Position numbers and translations under genes: made by a program. From NCBI GenBank assembly GCA_027371725.1, contig DAHXMN010000001.1, positions 400 to 64,399 of the forward strand: a stretch of DNA of 64,000 nt, in the 5' to 3' direction. The notes below the pieces were generated by a model. The model was not told the origin of the DNA, did not search any database, and worked only from the letters and a program-made list of their open reading frames with translations. Below, one piece after another: positions 36,550 through 46,907 of this stretch. This DNA is from Candidatus Woesearchaeota archaeon. GTDB taxonomy: Archaea > Nanobdellota > Nanobdellia > Woesearchaeales > UBA525. The first letter of the stretch is position 1; the number at the start of each line of letters is the position of its first letter.

Positions 36550-36674
36550 ACTTCCCTTGATGCGGGCTGCTTGCCGGCCGATCGCCAGGATTCATCGGTT
36601 CCGGAGACGTCTCGGCTGCCGCGGCCGGGCTATCCGCCCTTCCAGCATCATCCACCGCCCGGCGCTCCATGCGC

Positions 36675-39455
36675 TCACGCGGTCGCGGCGTCGTGGCTTG
36701 CGGCTGTCCGCGCGCGCCGCCGCTTCGCGGCCGTCACGCCTTCGTGGATGGCGAGGAAGAGCAGCGCCCCGCCGAACGCGCAGCCCCAGTCCTGGAGCCT
36801 GAGCGGCGCCATGTGCAGGAAGGCGTTGAAGAGCGGGACGTACACCAACGCCAGGACGAGGAGGAAGGAGATGGCGAAGCCCCAGAGGAGGCGTTTGTTG
36901 GACCAGAGGTACGGGCTGAAGACCGATTCGTCGTCGTCCACCCGCTTCGCGAGCAGGTTCGCGAACGAGATGAGGACGAGCGTCACGTAGGTGAGCGTGG
37001 TCGCTTCCGCGTAGAGGATGGTGTCGGTCTGGATGTGCAGGGGAGAGACCCCGTTCCGGGAGAAGATGAAGAGGAAGTTCACGAAGGCGATCAGCCCCAT
37101 GAGGAAGCCGGTCCAGACCATGTTCCTGAACGTGGGCCCGTTCAGGATGTGCTCGTCAGGGTCGCGCGGGCGCCGCGTCATGGTTTCCTTCTGCGAAGGG
37201 TCCCAGGTCAGGAACGTGACGGGGAGCAGCTGGCCGATGAGGTCGACGGAGAGGATCTGGAGCGTCAGCATGGCGAGAGGGATGCCGAAGAAGGCGCTCG
37301 CCGCGAGGCTCAGGAGGACGACGGTGAGCTCGCCGGTGTTCGTCGTCAGCGAGGAGCGGACCGTCTTCGTGATGTTCTGGAAGATGGTGCGTCCTTCGCG
37401 TATCGCCGTCACGAGCGTCCCGATGCTGTCGTCCTGGAGGACGATCTCCGACGACTCCTTCGCCACTTCCGTCCCGGTCCGGCCCATGGCGACGCCGATG
37501 TCCGCCTTCTTGAGGGCTGGCGCGTCGTTCACCCCGTCGCCCGTCACCGCCACCACCTTGTCCGACCGCTTGAGGAGGCTGACGATGCGCAGCTTGTCCT
37601 CGGGCGAGGTCCGGGCGAAGATGAGGCCGTCCTTCTCGAGCGTGTGGATGAGGCTGGCGTCCGACATCGCGCTCAGGTCAGCGCCGGTGATGACGGTGCA
37701 TCTCCCTTCCGCGTCTCCGACGCCTATCCGTTTCGCGATCGCCTCGGCGGTGGGGGCGAAATCGCCGGTGATGATGATGACGCGTATGTGCGCCCTTTCC
37801 GCGACCGCCAGGGCTTCCTTGACGTCTTCCCGCGGAGGGTCGAGCATGGCCGCCATCCCGAGGAAGACGAGGTCCCTCTCGGCGTCTCTCATGGATGTCG
37901 GCACCGCCTGCGAGTCGAGCTCGCGGTAGGCGAGCGCGATGTTGCGGTACGCCGAGGACGCGAACTCCTCTTCCTTCCCCTTGAGGAACGCCTTGTCCTC
38001 CTCGGTGAGGGGGCGGATGCGTGCGCCGTCCCAGATGCGGGAAGACTGCTCGAGGATGCTCTGCGGGGCCCCTTTCGCGTAGAGGATGAAGCGTCCGTCC
38101 CTGCGGCGGACGGAGGACATGCGCTTGCGCGTGGCGTCGAACGCGAACTCCTTTATTTCCGGGTAGCGCTTGTCCATGTCGCCGGGCTTCAGGCCGGCTT
38201 TCTCGCCCAGCGTTATGAGCGCGGCCTCGGTCGGGTCCCCGATCGAGTACCAGTCCGGGTGCTCCTCGTCCGGCGGAGAGACCCTCGCGTTCGACGCGAA
38301 CACCCCGGTCTCGAAGAAGATCCTGTACCGTTCCTTCTCCATGGGTTTCCCGGTTCTCGTCTCGATCTCGCCCTCGGGCCTGTACCCGATGCCCGTCACC
38401 TCGAACTCGTCCTCGCCGATGAGGATCCGCTGGACGGTCATCTCGTTCTTCGTCAGGGTCCCCGTCTTGTCGGTGCAGATGATGTGCGTCGAGCCGAGCG
38501 TCTCCACGGACGAGAGCCTCTTGACGATCGCCTTCTTCCTCGCCAGCCGCGACGCGGCTAGGGAGAGCGCGATGGATACCTCGGCGGGCAGCCCCTCGGG
38601 CACCATGCAGGCGGCCACGCTCACCGAGAAGAGGAACGCTCCCTGCAAGGTGAAATGGATGAGGAGGGCGATGCCGAAGAGCACCGAGGCGATGGCGAGC
38701 GTCACGATGGTCAGCCGCTTCGCGAGGTTGTTCATCTCCTTCTGCAGGGGGGAAAGCCCGTCGGAGGTGCTCTGGCTCAGGTGCGCGATGCGTCCGATCT
38801 CCGTCTGCATGCCTGTGTGGATGACGATGCCGACGGCGTTGCCCGTGGCGACGGTCGTCCCCATGAATGCGATGTTGTTCCGGTCGCCGAGGAGCACGTC
38901 CCCTCCGATCTCGTGGGTGAACTTCCGCGTCGGGTTGGATTCCCCGGTCAGGGCGAAATCGTTCGTCGAAAGCTCGTGCTCCTCGAAGAGACGCACATCC
39001 GCGGGGACCGCGTCGCCCTCTTCCAGCTTGACGATGTCGCCCGGGACGAGGTCCTCGCTGTGGATCTCCTTGACCTGCCGGTCCCTGATGACTTTCGCCT
39101 CCTCGGTGATCATCATCTTCAGGGAGTTGATGAGCCGTTCCGCCTTGTACTCCTGGAAGAAACCGATGATCGCGTTGAGCGCGACGATGAGGAACATGAC
39201 CGTGGCGCTCCGGTAGTCGTCCATGTAGATGGCGAGGGCGCCCGCCACGAGGAGGACGATGACGAGGAGGTCCTTGAACTGACGCAACACCCTGAGAACG
39301 ACCGATTCCCCCTTCACCGGGGAGAGCCGGTTCTTGCCGTAGAGATCCAGCCGACTGCTCGCTTCCTTCTCTGAGAGCCCTTCCTGGCGTGATCGCAAGA
39401 CGTCGAACGCCCTGTCAGCAGGGTACTGGTAATACGGGATGGTGGGGTCGTCCAT
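36675..39455 (-). CDS. cation-transporting P-type ATPase (type II, Ca2+/Mg2+-like)
   Basis: ICTDKTGTLT phosphorylation motif, TGDGVNDAPALKKADIGVAMG and 10 TM helices. Confidence 0.9.
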   Translation of the reverse strand: MDDPTIPYYQYPADRAFDVLRSRQEGLSEKEASSRLDLYGKNRLSPVKGESVVLRVLRQFKDLLVIVLLVAGALAIYMDDYRSATVMFLIVALNAIIGFFQEYKAERLINSLKMMITEEAKVIRDRQVKEIHSEDLVPGDIVKLEEGDAVPADVRLFEEHELSTNDFALTGESNPTRKFTHEIGGDVLLGDRNNIAFMGTTVATGNAVGIVIHTGMQTEIGRIAHLSQSTSDGLSPLQKEMNNLAKRLTIVTLAIASVLFGIALLIHFTLQGAFLFSVSVAACMVPEGLPAEVSIALSLAASRLARKKAIVKRLSSVETLGSTHIICTDKTGTLTKNEMTVQRILIGEDEFEVTGIGYRPEGEIETRTGKPMEKERYRIFFETGVFASNARVSPPDEEHPDWYSIGDPTEAALITLGEKAGLKPGDMDKRYPEIKEFAFDATRKRMSSVRRRDGRFILYAKGAPQSILEQSSRIWDGARIRPLTEEDKAFLKGKEEEFASSAYRNIALAYRELDSQAVPTSMRDAERDLVFLGMAAMLDPPREDVKEALAVAERAHIRVIIITGDFAPTAEAIAKRIGVGDAEGRCTVITGADLSAMSDASLIHTLEKDGLIFARTSPEDKLRIVSLLKRSDKVVAVTGDGVNDAPALKKADIGVAMGRTGTEVAKESSEIVLQDDSIGTLVTAIREGRTIFQNITKTVRSSLTTNTGELTVVLLSLAASAFFGIPLAMLTLQILSVDLIGQLLPVTFLTWDPSQKETMTRRPRDPDEHILNGPTFRNMVWTGFLMGLIAFVNFLFIFSRNGVSPLHIQTDTILYAEATTLTYVTLVLISFANLLAKRVDDDESVFSPYLWSNKRLLWGFAISFLLVLALVYVPLFNAFLHMAPLRLQDWGCAFGGALLFLAIHEGVTAAKRRRARTAASHDAATA

Positions 39456-39747
39456 GACTCGTCATCCTCAGGCGCGGATGCATGCGCAGGCCGTCATGAC
39501 CCATCGGTTCGGCCAGAGGGTATTTAAATGGTTCTATTCCTGTCCTTACTGGCTGCACGCCTCGCGGATAGTGACGCCGTCTCTTCTTCGTCGTCGAGGA
39601 TTCGTCGACGGATCATCACTCTTGCGGCGCAAGGCGATGTTCATGGCCGAGGCAATCTCATGCGATCGTATTCTTGGCCGGAGGTCTCTCGCCGCCATCC
39701 TCCTCCCCGCCAGAAGAACCGCTGTTGACCGGCGGAAGGGTCCATCC

Positions 39748-40209
39748 TCACTCTACGGTCGCCCTCCTGATGGTTATTCTCGTCAACGGCCGGTCGTTCC
39801 GGTCGCGGGGCGAGGTGGCGATCGCGTCGACGATGTCCATACCGCTGACGACCTTGCCGAAGGTCGGGTGCTTCGTGTCGAGGAAATTGTTGTCCGCGAC
39901 GTTGATGAAGAACTGGCTGCCGCCCGTGTCCGGGCCGGCGTTCGCCATGCTGATCGTGCCGCGTTCGTTCCGGTTCCGGCGGCGGAACTCGTCCTTGATC
40001 GCGTAGCCCGGGCCGCCCGTGCCGTTGCCGCGCGGGTCGCCGCCCTGGATCATGAACCCGGGGATGACGCGATGGAAGACGGTGCCGTCGTAGAACCCTT
40101 TCTCGACGAGCGAGCGGAAGTTGTCCGCGGTGACAGGCGTGTCGGCGAAGAGCTCGATGGCGATGTCGCCTTTCGTGGTCTCCAGATGCACGGTCGCCAT
40201 GGCGTTCAC
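39748..40209 (-). CDS. ppiB: cyclophilin-type peptidyl-prolyl cis-trans isomerase
   Basis: FHRVIPGFMIQGGDP and related motifs. Confidence 0.9.
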   Translation of the reverse strand: MNAMATVHLETTKGDIAIELFADTPVTADNFRSLVEKGFYDGTVFHRVIPGFMIQGGDPRGNGTGGPGYAIKDEFRRRNRNERGTISMANAGPDTGGSQFFINVADNNFLDTKHPTFGKVVSGMDIVDAIATSPRDRNDRPLTRITIRRATVE

Positions 40210-40394
40210 ATCTGTCCGGTCTCGATGAACTTCTTCATGAGACGCTCGACGACGACCTGCGGCGCGTACGTGTGCTGGCTGCAGATGCGGACGAACTGGT
40301 CGTACGTCTGCTTGTCGATGCTGTAGTCGATCCTCACTTTCTGCGGTCCTTTCGGGGTCGATGCCATGCGATCACCTCGATCCGTCGCGAACAC
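40206..40394 (-). CDS. small hypothetical protein
   Basis: 62 aa with an ATGA overlap to the cyclophilin gene. Confidence 0.35.
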   Translation of the reverse strand: MFATDRGDRMASTPKGPQKVRIDYSIDKQTYDQFVRICSQHTYAPQVVVERLMKKFIETGQM

Positions 40395-40484
40395 CCCGCG
40401 GTTTAAAAGTCCTTCTACGGGCCTGGGAGATAACGTTTATAAACGGTCGTCCGTCTCTCGCCCCGCTCACAAGGAGGGTCGCCG

Positions 40485-41963
40485 ATGCTGAAGAACATCC
40501 ACGACAGGATCCATTCCACGTTCGACTACAAGTGGATCGTCCTCACCGTCACGACCATCGGCACGCTCATGGCGGCGATCGACAGCACGATCGTCATCCT
40601 CGGCCTGCCGGACATGATGGCGAGCCTGCACGCAGACCTCATCCAGATGGTCTGGGTCATCATGGGGTACTTCCTCGTGAGCACGGTCTTCCTCCTCATT
40701 CTCGGCCGGGTCGCGGACCTCTTCGGACGCGTACGCCTCTACAATCTCGGCTTCGTCGTCTTCACGTTCGGCTCGGCCCTGTGCGGCTTCGCCGGCAACG
40801 CGCCGCTCCTCATCGCGTTCCGGCTGCTCCAGGGCGTCGGCGCCGCCATGATGGTGGTGAACAGCGTCGCGATCATCACCGAGGCGTTCCCGCCGAACGA
40901 GCGCGGCACCGCCCTCGGCATCAACGCGATCACTTTCGCCGCGGGCGGCGTCCTCGGCCCGGTCCTCGGCGGTTTCATCCTCACCGTGAGCGACTGGCAC
41001 TGGCTCTTCTTCATCAACATCCCGATCGGCCTGGTCGGCACGGTCTGGGGTTACATCATCCTCAAGGAGCTCGCCATCAAGAAACGCGAGACCATGGACT
41101 TCGCGGGCGCGCTCTTCTTCAGCATCGGCCTCGTCTCCCTCCTCCTGGCCCTCACCCTCGGCATCGATCTGACTTTCACCTCCCCGCCCATCATCGCCCT
41201 CTTCGCCCTCTTCTTCATCTTCCTCGCGATCTTCATCTGGTGGGAGCGGCACCACGCCTATCCCCTGCTCGACTTCTCCCTCTTCCGGCACCGGGTCTAC
41301 ACGTTCTCAGTCCTCTCCGCGATGGCGCAGTCCCTCGCGCTCTATGCGGTGAACTTCCTCATCGTCTTCTACCTCATGGGCGTCCGGGGCTATGACGCCC
41401 TGACCGCGGCGTTCCTCCTCATCCCCTTGCCGCTGATGATTTCGGTCATGGCGCCTATCGCGGGCCGCATTTCCGACCGTATCGGCGCGCGGATCCCCGC
41501 GACCGTCGGCCTGGTCATCCAGGCGGTGGCGCTCGCCCTCCTCGCCTTCCTCACCACAGCGACGCCGTACTGGCAGATCGCGGTGGCGCTCGGCCTCCTT
41601 GGCCTGGGCGGCGGCCTCTTCTTCCCGCCGAACACGAGCGCGGCGATGAACTCGTCGCCGAAGGAGCGGCTCGGCGTCGCTTCCGGCACCTTGGCGACGC
41701 TGCGTCAGGTCGGTATCGTGACGAGCTTCGCGCTCTCCCTCGCCGTCGCGGCGGAGAGCCTGCCGCACGACGTGATGATGCGGCTCTTCGTCGGCACGAA
41801 CGTGCAGCTCGGCTCGGCGATCGCCTCCGAGTTCGTCATCGGCATGCGGAGCGCGTTCTATGTCTCCGTCGTCCTGTGCCTCGTCGCGGCCGTCCTCTCC
41901 ATGATGCGGGGGGAGGAGGACCGGGGACGTCATGCGGTGCCGGTTCAGGACCGTCAACAGTAA
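40485..41963 (+). CDS. MFS transporter, DHA2 (EmrB-like, 14 TM) family
   Basis: LIAFRLLQGVGAAMMVVNSVAIITEAFPPNERGTALG. Confidence 0.85.
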   Translation: MLKNIHDRIHSTFDYKWIVLTVTTIGTLMAAIDSTIVILGLPDMMASLHADLIQMVWVIMGYFLVSTVFLLILGRVADLFGRVRLYNLGFVVFTFGSALCGFAGNAPLLIAFRLLQGVGAAMMVVNSVAIITEAFPPNERGTALGINAITFAAGGVLGPVLGGFILTVSDWHWLFFINIPIGLVGTVWGYIILKELAIKKRETMDFAGALFFSIGLVSLLLALTLGIDLTFTSPPIIALFALFFIFLAIFIWWERHHAYPLLDFSLFRHRVYTFSVLSAMAQSLALYAVNFLIVFYLMGVRGYDALTAAFLLIPLPLMISVMAPIAGRISDRIGARIPATVGLVIQAVALALLAFLTTATPYWQIAVALGLLGLGGGLFFPPNTSAAMNSSPKERLGVASGTLATLRQVGIVTSFALSLAVAAESLPHDVMMRLFVGTNVQLGSAIASEFVIGMRSAFYVSVVLCLVAAVLSMMRGEEDRGRHAVPVQDRQQ

Positions 41964-42090
41964 TCACTGCGGTTCCGTCCGCATCCGTTCTGATTACCTG
42001 TCTGCCCTGTTGGGTCTGCCCTGTTGGCGCGGGGCGCAGGTGCGTGACGCCCGACGAGAAGGGTTGTGGCGCCGGGACCAGGGGCATGAT

Positions 42091-42774
42091 TCAGTATGCC
42101 ACTCCGTGCCGCTCCTTGTACCAGAGGAGGACGATCAGCTCGATCGCGAGGAGGAGCGCGAACTCGCAGAGGACGCTCGGGAACTGCGTCTTGAACGCGG
42201 GGAGGAAGATGAGGAAGATGAACGTGGGGATGGTGAAGATGCCCATGCCGAGCATGCCCAGGTTGAGGATAATCTTCTCCTCCTTCCGTTTCGCCTGCTG
42301 TGAGAACAGGTAGAAGAGGATCGCGGCGCCAGCGATGTAGACGAGGTAGTACAGGCCGTAGAAGTCGCCCAGCAGCCCGGTGCCGGGGTACTCGATGAAG
42401 ACTGTCCGGCAGACCGCGGAATCGGCGTACGGCCGTATCACCGAGAACATCACGATGAAGAACGCCGCCGGAACATAGATGAGGAGGTGCCAGTAATACC
42501 CGATCCGCTTACGGGCCATGATGAGCGCGAGGCTGATCCCGATCGCGGGCAGGATCGCCGTGGTGATCATCGCCAGGCGCGTGAAGACGCCCTGCTGCGT
42601 CGTGCAGATGAGGAACTCGTTCAGCTGGTAGACGCCGAGGAGGAGGGTGAGGAGCGCGACGACCTGGTGGAGCCGGTCCTTCGGCTTCGTCAGCAGGAAA
42701 TAGAATGCGAGCAGGAACTCGATGGTGAACGTGCTGATCGAGACGTACGGCGCGAAGCACATGGCTGTCGGCAC
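42091..42774 (-). CDS. polytopic membrane protein, unknown function
   Basis: 227 aa with about 7 TM helices. Confidence 0.5.
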   Translation of the reverse strand: MPTAMCFAPYVSISTFTIEFLLAFYFLLTKPKDRLHQVVALLTLLLGVYQLNEFLICTTQQGVFTRLAMITTAILPAIGISLALIMARKRIGYYWHLLIYVPAAFFIVMFSVIRPYADSAVCRTVFIEYPGTGLLGDFYGLYYLVYIAGAAILFYLFSQQAKRKEEKIILNLGMLGMGIFTIPTFIFLIFLPAFKTQFPSVLCEFALLLAIELIVLLWYKERHGVAY

Positions 42775-42871
42775 TCTTCGTCGATTTTTAAATCTTTATG
42801 CGTCGAACAGGCCGAATCTTTCACATCTTTTTTAAACGTGTCCTCGTTCTCTGTCGAGAGAGGTGGTCTCC

Positions 42872-43882
42872 ATGGAGTATGTCAATCTCGGCAGCAGCGG
42901 CGTGAAGGTCTCGAAGTTCTGTTTCGGCACGATGACGTTCGGCTCCGGCTTCCGCGGCGTCGGCGCGGTCTCGCAGCAGGACGCGAACGCGATGGTGAAG
43001 TACGCGCTCGATCACGGCGTCAACTTCTTCGACACCGCGGATGTCTACTCGCGCGGCGAGTCAGAGCAGGTCTTGGGCAAGGCCTTGAAAGCGGCGGGCG
43101 TCCCGCGCGACCAGGTCATCATCGCGACGAAGGTGCGCGGCCGGATGGGCGACGACGTCAACGACGTCGGCCTCTCGCGGAAGCACATCCTCGACTCTGC
43201 GGAGAAGAGCCTGAAACGACTGCAGGTCGAGTACATCGACCTCTACCAGGTGCATGGCTGGGACCCCTCCACCCCGCTGAAGGAGACGATGGAGGCCTTG
43301 AACGACCTCGTCCGATGGGGAAAGGTCCGGTACCTCGGCGCGTCGAATCTCGCGGCCTGGCAGCTCGCCAAGGCGAACGCGATCGCGCGGAAGCACGGCT
43401 GGGCCCGCTTCGTCACGTACCAAGGGTATTACAGCCTCGTCGGCCGCGACATCGAGCACGAGGTCGTGCCGCTCTGCCTCGACCAGGGGATGGGCGTCCT
43501 GACGTGGAGCCCGCTCGCAGGGGGCCTCCTCACCGGGAAGTACCGGAAAGGGGCGCCGAAAGGGACGCGGCTCAGCGGCGAGCTCAAGGGCTTCATCCCA
43601 GCCGACGAGCGGCTCCTCGGCAAGGTCCTCGACGCGCTCGATACCGTCAGCAAGGCGCACAAGACGACGCTCGCGACGGCGGCGCTCGCCTGGCTCGCGC
43701 AACGGCCCGGCGTGACGTCAGTCATCATCGGCGCGCGCACCGAGGAGCAGCTCGAGCAGAATCTCGCTGCCAGCGAACTGGAGATGAACGCGAAAGAACT
43801 GGCTGCGCTGGATGCGGCGAGCGCGACACCCTTGCCGTACCCGCAATGGATGATCGAGCGGCAGAAGGCCTACCACAAGTAG
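42872..43882 (+). CDS. aldo/keto reductase
   Basis: MEYVNLGSSGVKVSKFCFGTMTFG... AKR family pattern. A GTG at 42863 is an alternative start. Confidence 0.85.
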   Translation: MEYVNLGSSGVKVSKFCFGTMTFGSGFRGVGAVSQQDANAMVKYALDHGVNFFDTADVYSRGESEQVLGKALKAAGVPRDQVIIATKVRGRMGDDVNDVGLSRKHILDSAEKSLKRLQVEYIDLYQVHGWDPSTPLKETMEALNDLVRWGKVRYLGASNLAAWQLAKANAIARKHGWARFVTYQGYYSLVGRDIEHEVVPLCLDQGMGVLTWSPLAGGLLTGKYRKGAPKGTRLSGELKGFIPADERLLGKVLDALDTVSKAHKTTLATAALAWLAQRPGVTSVIIGARTEEQLEQNLAASELEMNAKELAALDAASATPLPYPQWMIERQKAYHK

Positions 43883-43947
43883 ATCGCGGAGGTCTGAACG
43901 GGGCCATGAATAGAATCTTTAAATAGCGACGACGCTTCTCGGGCCTG

Positions 43948-44817
43948 ATGAAGGATGCCCTTTCCGTCCTCGTAGCTTTCGCGTTCCTCTCGGCGTTCTC
44001 CCTCGCGCTCTTTCCCTCCGCGCACGCGGTCGTGGAGCGTCAATCGGTGGACGTGGTGCTGCACAGCAACGGCGTCGCGGAAGAGCGGATCACCCTCGCC
44101 ATCCGCTCGGACGCCGCGTACGGCGCCATCGACTACCGCGTCGACCGGCAGCCGCTCGCCGTCCTCTCCGATAAGGGCTACAGCGAAGAGACGCTCACGG
44201 ACGGCGTCCTCATCACGCTCAACCAGAGCCTCGTCCCCGGTGAGAACAACGTCTCCTTCACGCTCCTCTTCGACGGCCTCGTCACGCAGCAGGGCTCCTC
44301 GCGCGCCTTCGCCCTCCGTCTCCGGCCCGTCGACAACGCGACGCTCGACGTGAACGTCACGCTGCCTGAGGGCTTCGTCCTCGCGCGCACCGACGCGGCG
44401 GTGAGCCCGACGCCCGACGCTATCGTCACCGACGGCCGCGCCATCACGCTCCGTTGGCACGAGGAGGGCGTGAGCGAACTCCCGATCATCGTCCTCTACG
44501 ACGGCCCCTCGTTCCCGTGGCTGGCCGTCGCGATCGGTGTCCTCCTCTTCGTGGCCCTCGCCGTCCTCGGCGTCGTCTGGCGGCGGCGCCACGCTGTCGA
44601 GAAGAAGGCCCTGCTCGGCGCCCTCGGCGAGGACGAGACGCTCATCGTCTCGCTCGTCAAGCGCGGTATCGATCGGCAGAAGGCGCTCTGCGCCGAGACC
44701 GGCTTCTCGAAGTCGAAGATGAGCAAGGTGGTGCGGAAGCTGGAAGAGAAAGGGGTCGTGCGGAAGGAGCCGTTCTACAAGACGAACCGGCTCAAGCTCC
44801 TGCCTGGCTGGGAATGA
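43948..44817 (+). CDS. membrane-anchored protein with an N-terminal signal, an extracytoplasmic domain, one TM and a C-terminal winged-helix (TrmB/MarR-like) domain
   Basis: ...TM GVLLFVALAVLGVVW followed by IVSLVKRGIDRQKALCAETGFSKSKMSKVVRKLEEKGVVRK. Confidence 0.55.
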   Translation: MKDALSVLVAFAFLSAFSLALFPSAHAVVERQSVDVVLHSNGVAEERITLAIRSDAAYGAIDYRVDRQPLAVLSDKGYSEETLTDGVLITLNQSLVPGENNVSFTLLFDGLVTQQGSSRAFALRLRPVDNATLDVNVTLPEGFVLARTDAAVSPTPDAIVTDGRAITLRWHEEGVSELPIIVLYDGPSFPWLAVAIGVLLFVALAVLGVVWRRRHAVEKKALLGALGEDETLIVSLVKRGIDRQKALCAETGFSKSKMSKVVRKLEEKGVVRKEPFYKTNRLKLLPGWE

Positions 44818-44822
44818 GTGAT

Positions 44823-46328
44823 TCAGCCACCGCCATGGCCGTTGCTCTTGCCGTTGCCCTCGTTGTCATTGCCTCCGCCATTGTTGCCCCGGGCAACCTC
44901 CTGTGCGCCCTGCTGTCCGCCGACGTCATAATGCCTCGCCAGCCCTGGCGGCGTGCCGCCGTTCCCGCGGCCGGAAGCGGAGGCCGCGTTCCCCTGACCG
45001 TCCTCCTTCTTCATCAGGCCGGGAGCGGCCGACGGGCCGTGGGCCGTGCGTTCCTGCGCGCGCGCCTGGAGGCCGTGCTTGAGCTTCGCGCTCACCGAGG
45101 GCGAGATGTCGTTCTGGGTGAGGAGCTGCGCCTCCTGGTCGTCGGTGAGGTTGTACTGCTCGGCGAGCTGGTCCTTGGGCGTCGCGAAGCGGAACCCGAA
45201 GAACCCGAGGATACGCTGGAAGATGCCGGGCGGCGCGCTCTGCGTCGCGATGATGGCGTCGATCGACTCGTTCCCGAGCTTCCCCGTCTTGATCAGCCTG
45301 TTCAGGATGCCGGGGTTCAGGCGATTCGCGCGGATGATCGCTGCGAGCTCGTCGTCGGTGATGTTGCCTGATGCGACGAGCTGCGGCAGGTGCTCGAAGC
45401 CGAGGCTGAAGCGCGGCTGGCCGCTCTCGTTCCCGGTCTCGTTGGTCTCGTTCTCCGTCCCGTTCTCCTGGTTCGTGGCGTTCACGACGCTGAAGACGAC
45501 GGTGGCGTTCACCGACTGGTTCTGCGCGGCCGCGAACACCGCCAGCGTGTGGTCGCCCTCCCCGAGAGCCTGGCTCGTTGCGTAGCCGGTGCAATTGGTG
45601 CATGCCTGCACGGTCGTGTTGTCGAGCGTGTAACTGATCGTGGCGGGCAGGTTGGTCAGGAAGCTGAGCTGGACCGGGCTCATGTACGCCTGCGCCAATG
45701 GACTGGCGACGGCGAGCGTCAGCGCTGCCGGCTGGGCCGGCTGCTGCACGGTGAAGTCCGCTGCCGCGCTCTCGGTCTCGTTGCCGAACGTCCCTCTCGC
45801 AGTGAAGGTGTGGTTGCCGTCGCTCTCGTTGAGCATCGTGGCGAAGCCGCTGCAGTTGGTGCACGCCTGCTGGAACGAGCCGTTGTCCACCTGGTACTCC
45901 AGCGCGTCCACGGTCGTGGTCATGGTGATGTTGAGGGGGACGTCGCTCGTGTTGAAGGACTGGCCGTCCGTCGGCTCGACGATGGAGATGTTGAACGCGG
46001 GCAGCGGCGGGAGCACCTCGAAGGAGACGTTCTCCTGCTCGGTCTCGTTCCCGAGCGTCGCCTGCGCGCTGAGGGTGTAGTTCCCCGCGTCGAGCTGCTC
46101 GCTCGCCGTCAAGGCGGTGCAGTTCGTGCACGTCTCGGACGCGTTCCCGGGCATGATCGTATAGGAGAGCGTGTCCTGGGTCGCGTTCGCGCTGATGTTG
46201 ACTGTGACCGGCGACTCGTACTGTCCGGGCGCCGGGCTCACGATCGTGAGCGCCGACACCGCAGTCGCGAGCGCCGCAAGCCCGAAGAGGAGGGCAAGCA
46301 CTGTTCCGATCCTGGTTGCGGTTACCAT
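44823..46328 (-). CDS. secreted/surface protein with three cysteine-containing Ig-like repeats (CTNC motifs) and N-glycosylation sequons
   Basis: Signal peptide. Repeats CTNCTALTASEQLDAGNYTL, CTNCSGFATMLNESDGNHTF and CTNCTGYATSQALGEGDHTL. Confidence 0.6.
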   Translation of the reverse strand: MVTATRIGTVLALLFGLAALATAVSALTIVSPAPGQYESPVTVNISANATQDTLSYTIMPGNASETCTNCTALTASEQLDAGNYTLSAQATLGNETEQENVSFEVLPPLPAFNISIVEPTDGQSFNTSDVPLNITMTTTVDALEYQVDNGSFQQACTNCSGFATMLNESDGNHTFTARGTFGNETESAAADFTVQQPAQPAALTLAVASPLAQAYMSPVQLSFLTNLPATISYTLDNTTVQACTNCTGYATSQALGEGDHTLAVFAAAQNQSVNATVVFSVVNATNQENGTENETNETGNESGQPRFSLGFEHLPQLVASGNITDDELAAIIRANRLNPGILNRLIKTGKLGNESIDAIIATQSAPPGIFQRILGFFGFRFATPKDQLAEQYNLTDDQEAQLLTQNDISPSVSAKLKHGLQARAQERTAHGPSAAPGLMKKEDGQGNAASASGRGNGGTPPGLARHYDVGGQQGAQEVARGNNGGGNDNEGNGKSNGHGGG

Positions 46329-46465
46329 GCCCCCGGATAAGACGTTGAGATATAAAAGAAATTCCGGGAAACCGAGTGGAAACCGTCAGATTCATATGAT
46401 GTCATGAGAGCTCCTTCCCGTTTCCGGACCACTGGAGGCGCGGCGCGGTCCGCGGAACGGGATGT

Positions 46466-46852
46466 CTAGCGGGACGGTGCGTTGTCGGCACGGAGCGCCT
46501 CGAGATAAAGCCCGTAACGCGCAGGCTGCCAGAGCTCGTAATGGTCCTCCAGTCGGACGAGGCACGCCTCTTCCTTGATGCCTGCACGCGCCGCCTGCTT
46601 TTCCGGGAGGCTGAGCAGGATGCCCTTGTTTATCGGCACCCCGATTGCGCTCCCGCATACAGTCCCCCTCGGCGCCTTCCCTCTCGCGTAGAGCTCGATG
46701 TGGAGGAAGAGCTGTCGCGGGAAGGTGACGAGGTCGTCGCAGCAGAGCGCAGCATCTACCTGTCCTTCGAGCGTTCCGCTCGGCACCAGGACGCCGTGCG
46801 AGGTGATCTTGCAGACGGTCTCTTTTCGCGGTCCTGTTCGCATCTTCGGCAC
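46466..46852 (-). CDS. hypothetical protein
   Basis: 128 aa. Not assigned to a family with confidence. Confidence 0.4.
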   Translation of the reverse strand: MPKMRTGPRKETVCKITSHGVLVPSGTLEGQVDAALCCDDLVTFPRQLFLHIELYARGKAPRGTVCGSAIGVPINKGILLSLPEKQAARAGIKEEACLVRLEDHYELWQPARYGLYLEALRADNAPSR

Positions 46853-46907
46853 CCCGGCACAAGATATTAATTATCTATAAGTAGTTAATTAGATAATATT
46901 TATAAAT

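Noticed and set aside
36669-38561. 630-aa plus-strand ORF (and 37018..37929, 38170..39216, 38655..39374)
   Set aside because: All are antisense to the P-type ATPase, which has unmistakable DKTGTLT and GDGVNDAPAL motifs.
42091-42774. Possible archaeosortase or histidine-kinase sensor assignment for the 7-TM protein
   Set aside because: No conserved Cys/Arg active-site pattern and no kinase domain that I could recognise. Left as an unknown membrane protein.
44926-46395. 489-aa minus-strand ORF overlapping the surface-protein gene in another frame
   Set aside because: Arg-rich shadow frame. The in-frame 44823..46328 ORF has a signal peptide and repeated CTNC Ig-like modules.
46466-46852. Aconitase-X swivel-domain (DUF126) assignment
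   Set aside because: Only a vague resemblance, and no adjacent large-subunit gene. Not claimed.
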